DNA of 64,000 nt from Alphaproteobacteria bacterium (GTDB lineage: Bacteria > Pseudomonadota > Alphaproteobacteria > Rs-D84). Location: the NCBI GenBank assembly GCA_015062445.1, contig SUUQ01000005.1:1668-65667 (forward strand). Reading direction: 5' to 3'. The stretch's first letter is position 1; each line of letters opens with the position of its first letter. Shown here one piece after another: positions 28,343 to 37,038 of the stretch. The position numbers and the translations under genes are program-made. A model generated the notes under the pieces. The model made no database searches, was not told the DNA's origin, and saw nothing but the letters and a program-made list of their open reading frames with translations.

Positions 28343-29632
28343 ATGAACCGATTAAAAAAATTTTGGATTGTATTTTTATCGTTCTTGCCATGGGCGGCGG
28401 GTGCGGCTGTTCCGTTATTGGTTGGCGGCATTGCAGGTGTCGGGGTTTTGGCGGGATTTTCGATATATCGCACAGCGGTTCCGGTCAGTCCAACAGATGC
28501 GTATCAGTTTTTTTCCAGTTGTTGGACATGCCAAATGTTTTCTGACATCATGGCAACAATGTCTGGTATATTGCCCCGCATTTATCATGCCTTGGGTGAA
28601 ACGATTGTTCCGTTCACAATAATGTTAACGGCGATATGGCTGGCCTGGAAATTGGTCAGCAATTTGATGAACGGGAAAATGGAAGATGGTTGGTCATTGA
28701 CCAGTACATTTGTGAATCACATGGTGCGACTGGGGATTGTTTGCATATTTTTATTGGCACCCCTGCCACGGTTGATATCAGATGTTGCGATTACACCGAT
28801 TTTCAATATTGGCATGTCGCTAAATCGTGTGGTTGTACATGACGATAATTTTGACATGTGTGTTATATCTACTGCGTTGGCAGATCCTGTGTCTGTTGAT
28901 TCGGCTGCGGCGGATTCTGGTGCATTTTCACCGACCATGCGTCATAATCTGGCATGTGAATTGGCGGGCATTCATCAAATGACAGGTATGGGCATGACAG
29001 TTGGCTGGACGATGCTGAATATGGCATTTGATGCAGATTATATGCACAAGATTTTATGGGATGTTCCTATTTTTCCAAACATCATATTGTTTTTTTCGGG
29101 TTTATTGATAATGGTGCTGTTTTTTGCGGCATTGCTGCCCATACCGATATACTTTTTAGAAATTTTTATCACATTATCACTGGATTTGGTAATGTTGCCG
29201 TTTATGTTGTTGGCATGGTTGTTTCAGGGCTGGCAGATATCTTTGGCGGGTGCGGGCAAAACGATTCGTGGGATTATTGACGATGTAATAAATGCGACCT
29301 TTGCGTTGGCGATAACAGGTGTGTTTGTCACGTTTGCGATAATGTTCCTGGATGCGATATTTGGCGATTGGAATGGGGTATCTGTTTTATCGACTGCCTT
29401 AACTCAAAACGATTCGAAATTTATGATGGATGCCTTGATGATGCGCAATGACAGTTTGGTAACCATTATATTGATGGGTATATTTATTGCGATGTTTATG
29501 ATAATGATACCTGCATTATCCAAGACCTTGTTCAACGTACAAATGTCGACCCGATTCTATGACACGACCAAAAAGAACATTGAAATTGTATGGGAAAACC
29601 TGAAAAAGTGGTACTCCGCAATAAAAAAATAA
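28343..29632 (+). CDS. Polytopic membrane protein, member E (divergently transcribed paralog)
   Basis: Start chosen at MNRLKKFW (signal peptide). The track ORF 28205.. overlaps member D. 'PFMLLAWLFQGW' motif; tail 'ENLKKWYSAIKK'. Confidence 0.6.
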   Translation: MNRLKKFWIVFLSFLPWAAGAAVPLLVGGIAGVGVLAGFSIYRTAVPVSPTDAYQFFSSCWTCQMFSDIMATMSGILPRIYHALGETIVPFTIMLTAIWLAWKLVSNLMNGKMEDGWSLTSTFVNHMVRLGIVCIFLLAPLPRLISDVAITPIFNIGMSLNRVVVHDDNFDMCVISTALADPVSVDSAAADSGAFSPTMRHNLACELAGIHQMTGMGMTVGWTMLNMAFDADYMHKILWDVPIFPNIILFFSGLLIMVLFFAALLPIPIYFLEIFITLSLDLVMLPFMLLAWLFQGWQISLAGAGKTIRGIIDDVINATFALAITGVFVTFAIMFLDAIFGDWNGVSVLSTALTQNDSKFMMDALMMRNDSLVTIILMGIFIAMFMIMIPALSKTLFNVQMSTRFYDTTKKNIEIVWENLKKWYSAIKK

Positions 29633-29700
29633 AAAATCAAGTGGTTTATTTAACCTGACCCCCTTTTTTGTATCATCCGAATCTGATATAATTCATACCA

Positions 29701-30210
29701 ATGACAAAGTTTCCGATTCTTTATTGGCCTCGCCGTACGACTGGTGACAATGAATACCAGTTGGCACGCAAAGTGATAAACAACACGACTGGTGTTATGC
29801 CGGACGTATTGACCGAAGATGTCAATATTGCGGTATTTTTACAGGACAATCCTGGTGCGGTTATATATTATCCTGTATTTTGTGGTTCGACGGGGTGGTG
29901 GGGTGAATTATTGGGTGGTGATGCGGTTGTGTGTGACAAACTGATAATATCGCCAGAATGCCAGTTAATGGTTATCGAGCCGGGTAAAACGGCCCGTCCA
30001 CGTGGCACGACCCAGTTATTAGCAGCAGAGATTTATCCAACCAGTGGCTTTTTCAAAAAGATGAACTCTGGCATTGCAACGGTTGCAGATATGCTGGCAA
30101 CGGATGCGGGCACGATATTGGCGCTGTTTTCTGGTCGCAACCAGGGGCAGTTTATAAATATTTTGGAATCGACTGGCAATTCGTATTTGGGATGCATTGG
30201 TCGTTATTAA
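29701..30210 (+). CDS. Hypothetical protein (169 aa)
   Basis: ORF with a TATAAT box at 29687-29692 just upstream (possibly a leaderless transcript). No recognisable family. Confidence 0.4.
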   Translation: MTKFPILYWPRRTTGDNEYQLARKVINNTTGVMPDVLTEDVNIAVFLQDNPGAVIYYPVFCGSTGWWGELLGGDAVVCDKLIISPECQLMVIEPGKTARPRGTTQLLAAEIYPTSGFFKKMNSGIATVADMLATDAGTILALFSGRNQGQFINILESTGNSYLGCIGRY

Positions 30211-30214
30211 ATTC

Positions 30215-30242
30215 TTGCTTTCTGTAAAAATACCTGTATAAT
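30215..30242 (+). promoter_or_regulatory. Putative sigma70 promoter of rpmE (-35 TTGCTT, 16-nt spacer, -10 TATAAT)
   Basis: TTGCTT at 30215-30220 and TATAAT at 30237-30242. RBS 'aaaggtaaaaatc' lies before the ATG at 30278. Confidence 0.4.
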
Positions 30243-30277
30243 TCACTGGCTAAAATTCTAAAACAAAGGTAAAAATC

Positions 30278-30490
30278 ATGAAAAAAGGAATTCATCCTGA
30301 ATATCACGAAATCAATGTCACACGTACAGATGGCAAAACGGTCAAGATGTATTCATCTGTCAAGAAAGACTTGGTTTTATCAACAGATAACTTGAACCAT
30401 TCCGCCTGGACTGGCCAACGTTCAAATGCCGGTGAAAAGGGCCAGCGTGCCAGCCAATTCAAAACAAAATTTGCTGGATTTAAATTTTAA
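30278..30490 (+). CDS. rpmE: 50S ribosomal protein L31
   Basis: 'MKKGIHPEYHEINVT..DG' is the canonical L31 N-terminus. 70 aa. Confidence 0.9.
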   Translation: MKKGIHPEYHEINVTRTDGKTVKMYSSVKKDLVLSTDNLNHSAWTGQRSNAGEKGQRASQFKTKFAGFKF

Positions 30491-30519
30491 TGTAAATTTC
30501 GTCTGACGGGGGCGGCGAT

Positions 30520-31224
30520 ATGGAACATGTAATCAAAGGTTCAACAGAATTAAACAAGATGTTTGCTGCGTTGCAGCGCACGACTGCTGGTTTGCGTCGT
30601 GATTTTGGCGAAGTTGAAAACTTGCAACAATCGCTTCGCAGTGCGCGTGACTTTGTGCACAAGGCGGCGAATCGTATCGAAGAGAGCATTTTGTCTGATT
30701 TGTTGTTGGTTCGTCCGTCTGCGGGCATCCTGACACCAAACATGTCACGTCCTGGTGATGGCCGTGACGAATTTGTGTTGGCATTGTCTGGCGCCCAGAA
30801 TTTTGTTCGTGGCAATCCGCATTTTGCGATATCTTTGGCCCTGCGTTCAAACGACGAAACCAAGATTGCATTAATTTATTCGCCAATTGACGATCGTTTG
30901 TATTATGCAGAATCTGGCAACGGTGCGTATGTATTTTCTGCATATCATTCCACCCGCATCAGTGTTTCATCTTTATCAGATGTATCTGAAATAACAGTTG
31001 GCTATAATGTTTCTGATGGTCGTCCGATGGTTGGTGATTTTCGTTGCACGGGCTGTCCTGCGTTGGATTTGGCATGGGTTGCATCCGGCAAGTTGGATGC
31101 ATATATATCAGACCCGTTGGACTATGCAGAAATTGCAGCTGGTGATTTAATTATTCGCGAGTCTGGCGGTCGCATAGAAATGCTGGCTGATTTGGTTGCA
31201 ACCAATGGTCGTGTTGAAATGTAA
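30520..31224 (+). CDS. Inositol monophosphatase-family protein (degenerate metal-binding motif)
   Basis: 'GAQNFVRGNPHFAISLAL', 'ALDLAWVASGKLDAYIS' and 'DYAEIAAGDLIIRESGG' align to SuhB/IMPase. The expected 'DP(I/L)DGT' is replaced by 'RPGDGRDE'. Confidence 0.55.
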   Translation: MEHVIKGSTELNKMFAALQRTTAGLRRDFGEVENLQQSLRSARDFVHKAANRIEESILSDLLLVRPSAGILTPNMSRPGDGRDEFVLALSGAQNFVRGNPHFAISLALRSNDETKIALIYSPIDDRLYYAESGNGAYVFSAYHSTRISVSSLSDVSEITVGYNVSDGRPMVGDFRCTGCPALDLAWVASGKLDAYISDPLDYAEIAAGDLIIRESGGRIEMLADLVATNGRVEM

Positions 31225-31230
31225 GATATA

Positions 31231-31258
31231 TTCCCCCAAATGGGGGGATTTTTTTTGT
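31231..31258 (+). terminator. Rho-independent terminator
   Basis: Hairpin 'cccccaaatggggg' followed by a T8 run. Confidence 0.75.
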
Positions 31259-31326
31259 TGATATATTTTTCTGCTTGCGTGCGATTCGTGATTTGTTCTA
31301 TGATTGCATCAGGAAGGAAAGGAATT

Positions 31327-32640
31327 ATGCGTCATTTAACATTCAGTATATTGGCTGTACTGTTGATTGTGCCTGGTATTGCATCGGCACGAATGCCGGT
31401 TGTAAATGTATCATCTGGTGGTGTGTCTGCACGTTCTGCATTTGGCGAAGATGTCAGTGCATCTGTATCTGGCGGTACATTGCCATCTGTTGCGTCGCCG
31501 TCGGTATCGACACGTACACGTTCGGTTGTTTCACGTCCTGTGACTGCATCGGTTGCACCGGCCAGGACCGTGGACCGTGGGGAACAGTTTGTTGCATCGA
31601 ATGATGTTTTGGTTCCTCGCCGCCCCAGCAACGATTTATGGGCGAAAAGCGATGGTGCCTTGCGTATGCCCAGCCCCAGTGAATTTTCTGTTATTCGTTC
31701 TGACGGTGTTTTGCCCGAAGAAAGCTTAGATAACGCATATGTTGCGTCTGTTTCGGCACGTCCGGCTGCGCCTGTTGCATCGATTTCTGAGTCTGTGTCG
31801 GAACTGGATAATCAAATTGCACGTTTGATTGAGTTGCAAAAGCATGCCAATGATAATGCACGTTCTGTATCGCCCCGTGTTGCGCCTGTGGCACCGGCGA
31901 TGCCGGCTGCACCTGTTGTTGCAGCTGTGGAACCTGCTGTGCCGGCTGTGGTTGATTTGCCTGCGTCGCCCCGTGTTGCAGATTCTGATGTATCGCTGCG
32001 TCGATTGGTTGTTCCGATGTCAGATGATGTTGTTGTTCGCAGTGTTGAAAAAAATATTTCGCCACGTATTGCTGCGGTTCGTGATGATATGACCAAGATG
32101 AGTCCTGCAGAACTTCGTCGTGCATTCAGAAAGACGTTTTTATCAGAAAACAAACATCTGTCCACATATTCGATTGATGATGGCTTTGATGTTGCCAGTG
32201 ATATGTCTGCATCTATCGAAGGTTTTACAGCCCGTCGTGATTTGTCTGAAACTGGTGGCATTCGTCCGTTGGAAATCAAGATTAAATTTCGCAACGAAGA
32301 TTCTGCATTATCACGTGAAAACTATAATTTGTTAACTGAATATGCCGGCATTGTGGTCAGCAAACCAACCCGTGCCATCCAGGTTGCCATCCCCCAGGTA
32401 ATGACCACTAACAAGGATGCTCGCAAATTGGCGGCCCGCCGCCTGGCGATTGTTGAACAGGTTTTAACCGACAACGGTGTGTCCCAGCAGCGAATTGTGC
32501 CGGTTTTATCCAGTCGTGACGAACAGGGATTTGTATTGCGTATAATCTCTGGTGATCAGTATGAAACCCTGACCCAGCAACAACGTGATATATTTGGTGA
32601 TACGATTAATAAAAAGACCTATAAAAGTATGTCGTGGTAA
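31327..32640 (+). CDS. OmpA-family protein with a long Pro/Ala/Val-rich linker
   Basis: Signal peptide 'MRHLTFSILAVLLIVPGIASA'; PAV-rich repeats; the C-terminal 'ARKLAARRLAIVEQVLTDNGVSQQRI' resembles the OmpA_C peptidoglycan-binding motif. RBS 'ggaaggaaagg'. Confidence 0.55.
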   Translation: MRHLTFSILAVLLIVPGIASARMPVVNVSSGGVSARSAFGEDVSASVSGGTLPSVASPSVSTRTRSVVSRPVTASVAPARTVDRGEQFVASNDVLVPRRPSNDLWAKSDGALRMPSPSEFSVIRSDGVLPEESLDNAYVASVSARPAAPVASISESVSELDNQIARLIELQKHANDNARSVSPRVAPVAPAMPAAPVVAAVEPAVPAVVDLPASPRVADSDVSLRRLVVPMSDDVVVRSVEKNISPRIAAVRDDMTKMSPAELRRAFRKTFLSENKHLSTYSIDDGFDVASDMSASIEGFTARRDLSETGGIRPLEIKIKFRNEDSALSRENYNLLTEYAGIVVSKPTRAIQVAIPQVMTTNKDARKLAARRLAIVEQVLTDNGVSQQRIVPVLSSRDEQGFVLRIISGDQYETLTQQQRDIFGDTINKKTYKSMSW

Positions 32641-32654
32641 ATTTTTGGAATCAT

Positions 32655-33356
32655 ATGATTGGATTTTTATTTCCGCCGGCGTGTCCATTGTGTGATACTC
32701 CGGTATCCACACATGGTCAGTTGTGTGGTACATGTTGGGCGGCGATAAATTGGATTGATAATCCAAAGTGTTACCGTTGTGGTTATCCGTTTCCTGCGAA
32801 TTTGGATTTAGATGACCGTCCAATGTGTCCTGTATGTGCGGCTGGCAAATGTGAACTGGATTGGATACGGTCTGCGTGTGTATATGATGATGCGTCACGT
32901 TCTGCGATGTTGCCGTTCAAGCATGGTGGTCGCATACGTTATGCCCGTTTTATGTCGCATGCGATGATATGGGCATTGCGTGATATTGATGTTGATGCAG
33001 ATATTGTTATGCCTGTGCCGTTGGCATCCCGTCGTTTGTTTCATCGTGGCTATAACCAGGCGGCATTGTTGGCACGTCCGATTTCACGTGCACTGGGTGT
33101 GCCGATGGATTTAGATTCTGTTCGCCGCAAATATCGTCCAGATATGGGGCATAAAAATTCCCGGGAACGTGCTGTGAATATTCACGGGGTATTCAGTGTG
33201 TTATCACCGGACAAGATTCGTGGCAAAAAGATTTTATTGGTTGACGATGTTATGACAACGGGCGCAACGTTTGCCGAGTTGCGCCGTATATTGATTGCCT
33301 CTGGTGCTGTGGCTGTATACGGCGTATCGTTTTGTCGTGTTGTTCGTGCGATTTAG
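32655..33356 (+). CDS. comF: ComF-family phosphoribosyltransferase-domain protein
   Basis: N-terminal double zinc ribbon 'CPLCD...CGTCW...CYRCG' and a C-terminal PRTase motif 'ILLVDDVMTTGAT'. Confidence 0.8.
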   Translation: MIGFLFPPACPLCDTPVSTHGQLCGTCWAAINWIDNPKCYRCGYPFPANLDLDDRPMCPVCAAGKCELDWIRSACVYDDASRSAMLPFKHGGRIRYARFMSHAMIWALRDIDVDADIVMPVPLASRRLFHRGYNQAALLARPISRALGVPMDLDSVRRKYRPDMGHKNSRERAVNIHGVFSVLSPDKIRGKKILLVDDVMTTGATFAELRRILIASGAVAVYGVSFCRVVRAI

Positions 33357-33360
33357 TTTA

Positions 33361-33741
33361 TTATGCCTGATAGATTTTTGTTTTTGCGCCGCCAAAAATA
33401 TTTTGCAGTTGATTTTTTGTTTCTTGCCATATCAGTTTGTCTGAACACATTTTAATCAGGTTCAAAATACTTTGTTCTTCTGGCAGATATATTGTGCGTC
33501 CCGCAGGGATTATCACGGTTGACACGGTGTTTTCGTTCAGTGTGACACTGTATTCATAGGCCAACATATTTTTGTTGTTCGTTGTACGCATGCATGCGCA
33601 TGTCAGCAACACCCCATCGTGTGTTATAACGCTGTATTCCTTCATGATTCCATCTGGGTCTATAAACACCGAAACGGTTCCTGCGGATATGATTTTCTGC
33701 AACAAAGTTTGCAGTTCTTGATCTGATGAAATTACGTTCAT
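33361..33741 (-). CDS. Hypothetical protein (126 aa)
   Basis: ORF only. No motif recognised. Confidence 0.35.
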   Translation of the reverse strand: MNVISSDQELQTLLQKIISAGTVSVFIDPDGIMKEYSVITHDGVLLTCACMRTTNNKNMLAYEYSVTLNENTVSTVIIPAGRTIYLPEEQSILNLIKMCSDKLIWQETKNQLQNIFGGAKTKIYQA

Positions 33742-33966
33742 TTTGTATTACTTTTGCTGTTGCATTTATGTATATCACAATATGTTGCTTTGTCAAGGTT
33801 TGTTCGTCTGTCGTTTGGCAAGATGTTCCAACGATATTGCATGTTCGTGGCAAGATTGGGCCATTTGGTTGCACCCAGAATTGGAATGTGCTGGATGCAT
33901 CGGGACTGCCATCGGATATCCAGGGGCCAGATACCACCACATGGTCACCGGTTATTGTAAAATAAC

Positions 33967-33995
33967 AGAATGCCCGTTCGGGCATTCTTTTTTTA
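33967..33995. terminator. Hairpin + T-run terminator (T-run on the + strand)
   Basis: 'agaatgcccgttcgggcattct' followed by a T7 run. It lies at the 3' end of the minus-strand gene 33993..34526 and after the 79-aa + ORF 33726..33965. Confidence 0.55.
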
Positions 33996-34526
33996 TCTGA
34001 TTTTATTTTCTTTCAAGATATTTTTTATTCCGGTGATTTGAATCGGGTGCATTTTGTTTGATTTTGTAATACATAAATCCAGTATCTTGTCCAGTGTTTG
34101 TTGTGTTTCGGACTGTAGTATATTGTTTCTGATTCCAACAGGTCGATAATTGTGTTTGAACTTGTCGAAATTATATGCCTGAATTTGGTCGACATAGATT
34201 GATAGATTATATGATTGCGGGTTGTGTTTTATTTGCAGCACCGGAATTGCATCGCATTTAACAGCTTCTTTTTCTGCTTTCTTGCGTTTTTCGCCAGATT
34301 CCTGACTGTTATTTGTCTTCTTTGATTTTCTTGGTTTTATTTCCTGGAAATAGAACACGGAATATGTGTCAGTCAAAGATGTTTGTTCGCCGCTGGCATC
34401 CCGTGATGTTTCGATTGTATGGTACACATCATTTTGCTTCAGAATGTTTGTAACTTCGTTCAGAAATTTTTGCATTACTAACCTCTTGGCTTTGTAATAT
34501 GCTATCACAAATGTTTTGGTTGTCAA
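33993..34526 (-). CDS. Hypothetical basic, Lys-rich protein (177 aa)
   Basis: ORF with a charged 'KPRKSKKTNNSQESGEKRKKAEKEAVK' segment. No family recognised. Confidence 0.4.
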   Translation of the reverse strand: MTTKTFVIAYYKAKRLVMQKFLNEVTNILKQNDVYHTIETSRDASGEQTSLTDTYSVFYFQEIKPRKSKKTNNSQESGEKRKKAEKEAVKCDAIPVLQIKHNPQSYNLSIYVDQIQAYNFDKFKHNYRPVGIRNNILQSETQQTLDKILDLCITKSNKMHPIQITGIKNILKENKIR

Positions 34527-34620
34527 TAATTTGGTTGTTCATGCGGTCTTTTTCTTGAAATTTGATTTTAATCTGATACGATTTTACACAGGTTATTTTT
34601 TTACAAACAGGATAGATAAA

Positions 34621-37017
34621 ATGAACATAGAACTTGGCAAGAATATCAGCCCACGTGAAATAGAAACCAGAATTCAAGAATTTTGGGATAAAAACACATT
34701 TTGGAACAATGATGTTAATTCGGATAAACCATCATTTTGCATTATGATGCCGCCGCCAAATGTGACGGGGTCTTTGCATATGGGGCATGCGATGAATAAT
34801 GTTCTGACAGATATTGTTTGTCGGTATAAACGTATGTCTGGCTATGACGTTTTATGGCAGCCCGGAACCGATCATGCATCTATTGCGACCCAGTTGCTGG
34901 TTGAACGTGATTTGTCCAAACGTGGTATTAATCCACATTCACTATCGTTGTCTGACAAGTTGAATGCCGCCTGGGCATGGCGTGCTGACAAAGGTGGCCA
35001 GATTATGAACCAGTTGCATATTCTGGGTGTGACCCCTGTTTGGCATCGTGAACGTTTTACTATGGACGATGGGCTGTCCAGTGCGGTTACAAAACTGTTT
35101 GTGAAAATGTATAACGAAGGTTTAATCTATCGTGAAAAACGTCTGGTTAATTGGTGCCCAAAACAGCAAACCTCTGTATCGGATTTAGAGGTTGAAACCC
35201 GTGAAGAACACGGCAAGTTTTATTACTTTAACTATCCATTGGTCGGCGGTGGTTTTGTCGAGATTGCAACCACACGTCCCGAAACATTATTTGGTGACCA
35301 GGCAATTGCGGTACACCCTGAAAATGAAAAATTAAAACACCTGATTGGCAAACATGCGATTATTCCATTAACTGATATTGAAATTCCAATTGTTGGTGAT
35401 GAACATGCAGATCCAGACAAGGGGACAGGTGCTGTAAAGATTACACCGGCGCATGACTTTGATGACTGGGAGGTTGGCATTCGTCACAACCTGACACCGG
35501 TCTGCATTCTGACACCAGATGCGAAATTAAATGATAATCCAGTGGTACCGACCAAATATCGTGGCATGGACCGGTATGCGGCACGTGCGGCTGTTGTTGA
35601 AGATATTGAAGCGGCGGGGCTGTTGGTCCGGGTTGAAGACAAGGTTATTCCGACCCCATATTCTGAACGTGGCCAGGTTCCTGTAGAGCCATATCTGACG
35701 GACCAGTGGTTTGTTGATGCGGAAAAATTAGCAATCCCTGCAATTGCGGCGGTAGAAAGCGGCAAGATTAAGTTTATGCCAGAACATCGTTATAACCTGT
35801 TTATGTCGTGGATGAAGAATATTCGTCCATGGACAATTTCGCGTCAATTGTGGTGGGGGCATCATATACCTGCCTGGTATGATGCGGATGGCAATGTCTA
35901 TGTTGCAGAAACGGAAAGCGCAGCAATTGAAATGTCGGGGGGCAAGGCATTGACCCGTGATCCTGATGTTTTGGACACGTGGTTTTCGTCTGGGTTGTGG
36001 CCATTTTCAACATTGGGCTGGCCTGAACAGACATTGGAATTGTCTAAATATTATCCAACAGATTTGCTGTACACAGCGGCGGATATTATATTCTTTTGGG
36101 TTGCCCGTATGATTATGATGGGGATTTATGTGATGGGTGATGTTCCGTTCCATACCGTAAATTTCCACGGCATTATTCGTGACAGCAAAGGGCAAAAGAT
36201 GTCCAAGACCAAGGGTAACGGTACAGATCCGCTGGATGCGGTTGATAAATTTGGTGCAGATGCCCTGCGTTATTGGATTTCCACAGCGCCAATTGGTACA
36301 GATATTCGTTATTCCGATGACGAGGTTAAACGTGGTTCAAAACTGCTGACCAAGTTATGGAATGCATCAAAATATGTCTTGATGAATTTGTCTGATTTTG
36401 AACCGGCAACAGCCACGCAGGTTCCGGTGTCTGAACGTTTTATCGAAGACAGATGGGTTTTGTCTGAATTGAACAAGACAATCGCCGAAACACGCAAGCA
36501 TTTGGATAAATATGATAACTATAATTCACGTGCTGCAATCGATAGCTTCTTATGGGATATTTTCTGTGACCAGTATTTGGAATTTATCAAAGACCGATTC
36601 TGGGCACCGGAAAAATACAGCGCCCAATCAAAATTATCTGCCCAGTGGACATTGTACACCGTCCTGCGTGCGATAATTGGTTTGTATGCACCATTTATTC
36701 CATTCTTGACCGAAGAATTATGGCAAAAGATTTATCGTGATATCGAAGGTGGCGAAACATTACATCTGACCCAATATCCGTTGGTAAAACCAGAATATGA
36801 CACAGACGTATCGAAAATGGATGTTGCGCTGGAATTGTTAAAAAATATCCGTGGTTTGCGCACCGAACGCAAAATTGGAAACGGTGCCAAGCTGGAAACA
36901 TTGACAATTCCATCCGATACACCGACCGAGTTGCATGGTTTGATTAAATCTGCGGCACGTGCCAATAATATCGAATTGGGTGATGCGCTGGATTTTGTTG
37001 TTGCCCAGCAGAACTAG
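34621..37017 (+). CDS. valS: Valyl-tRNA synthetase (short form lacking the C-terminal coiled coil)
   Basis: HIGH motif 'GSLHMGHA', 'KMSKTKGN' and editing-domain signatures. Start MNIELGK at 34621 with RBS 'acaggatag'. 798 aa. Confidence 0.93.
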   Translation: MNIELGKNISPREIETRIQEFWDKNTFWNNDVNSDKPSFCIMMPPPNVTGSLHMGHAMNNVLTDIVCRYKRMSGYDVLWQPGTDHASIATQLLVERDLSKRGINPHSLSLSDKLNAAWAWRADKGGQIMNQLHILGVTPVWHRERFTMDDGLSSAVTKLFVKMYNEGLIYREKRLVNWCPKQQTSVSDLEVETREEHGKFYYFNYPLVGGGFVEIATTRPETLFGDQAIAVHPENEKLKHLIGKHAIIPLTDIEIPIVGDEHADPDKGTGAVKITPAHDFDDWEVGIRHNLTPVCILTPDAKLNDNPVVPTKYRGMDRYAARAAVVEDIEAAGLLVRVEDKVIPTPYSERGQVPVEPYLTDQWFVDAEKLAIPAIAAVESGKIKFMPEHRYNLFMSWMKNIRPWTISRQLWWGHHIPAWYDADGNVYVAETESAAIEMSGGKALTRDPDVLDTWFSSGLWPFSTLGWPEQTLELSKYYPTDLLYTAADIIFFWVARMIMMGIYVMGDVPFHTVNFHGIIRDSKGQKMSKTKGNGTDPLDAVDKFGADALRYWISTAPIGTDIRYSDDEVKRGSKLLTKLWNASKYVLMNLSDFEPATATQVPVSERFIEDRWVLSELNKTIAETRKHLDKYDNYNSRAAIDSFLWDIFCDQYLEFIKDRFWAPEKYSAQSKLSAQWTLYTVLRAIIGLYAPFIPFLTEELWQKIYRDIEGGETLHLTQYPLVKPEYDTDVSKMDVALELLKNIRGLRTERKIGNGAKLETLTIPSDTPTELHGLIKSAARANNIELGDALDFVVAQQN

Positions 37018-37038
37018 GGAAAAAAAACGGGGGCGGTT

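Noticed and set aside
28114-28473. ORFs in the divergent region between members D and E (28114-28473 minus, 28189-28545 plus, 28205 start of the track ORF)
   Set aside because: The N-terminal extension of member E overlaps member D. The internal Met that begins a signal peptide (28343) is the sensible start. The other ORFs are low-complexity AT-rich translations.
23031-29632. Interpretation of the membrane-protein array as an ABC/MFS-type transporter operon
   Set aside because: No Walker motifs and no ATPase partner. No MFS '(R/K)xGR(R/K)' loop motifs were seen. The paralogous amplification with signal peptides fits a VirB6/TrbL-like or novel channel family better. It is kept as a finding.
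33554-33985. 143-aa minus-strand ORF
   Set aside because: It overlaps the end of the 33361-33741 gene and the terminator hairpin. It has no start context and is likely spurious.
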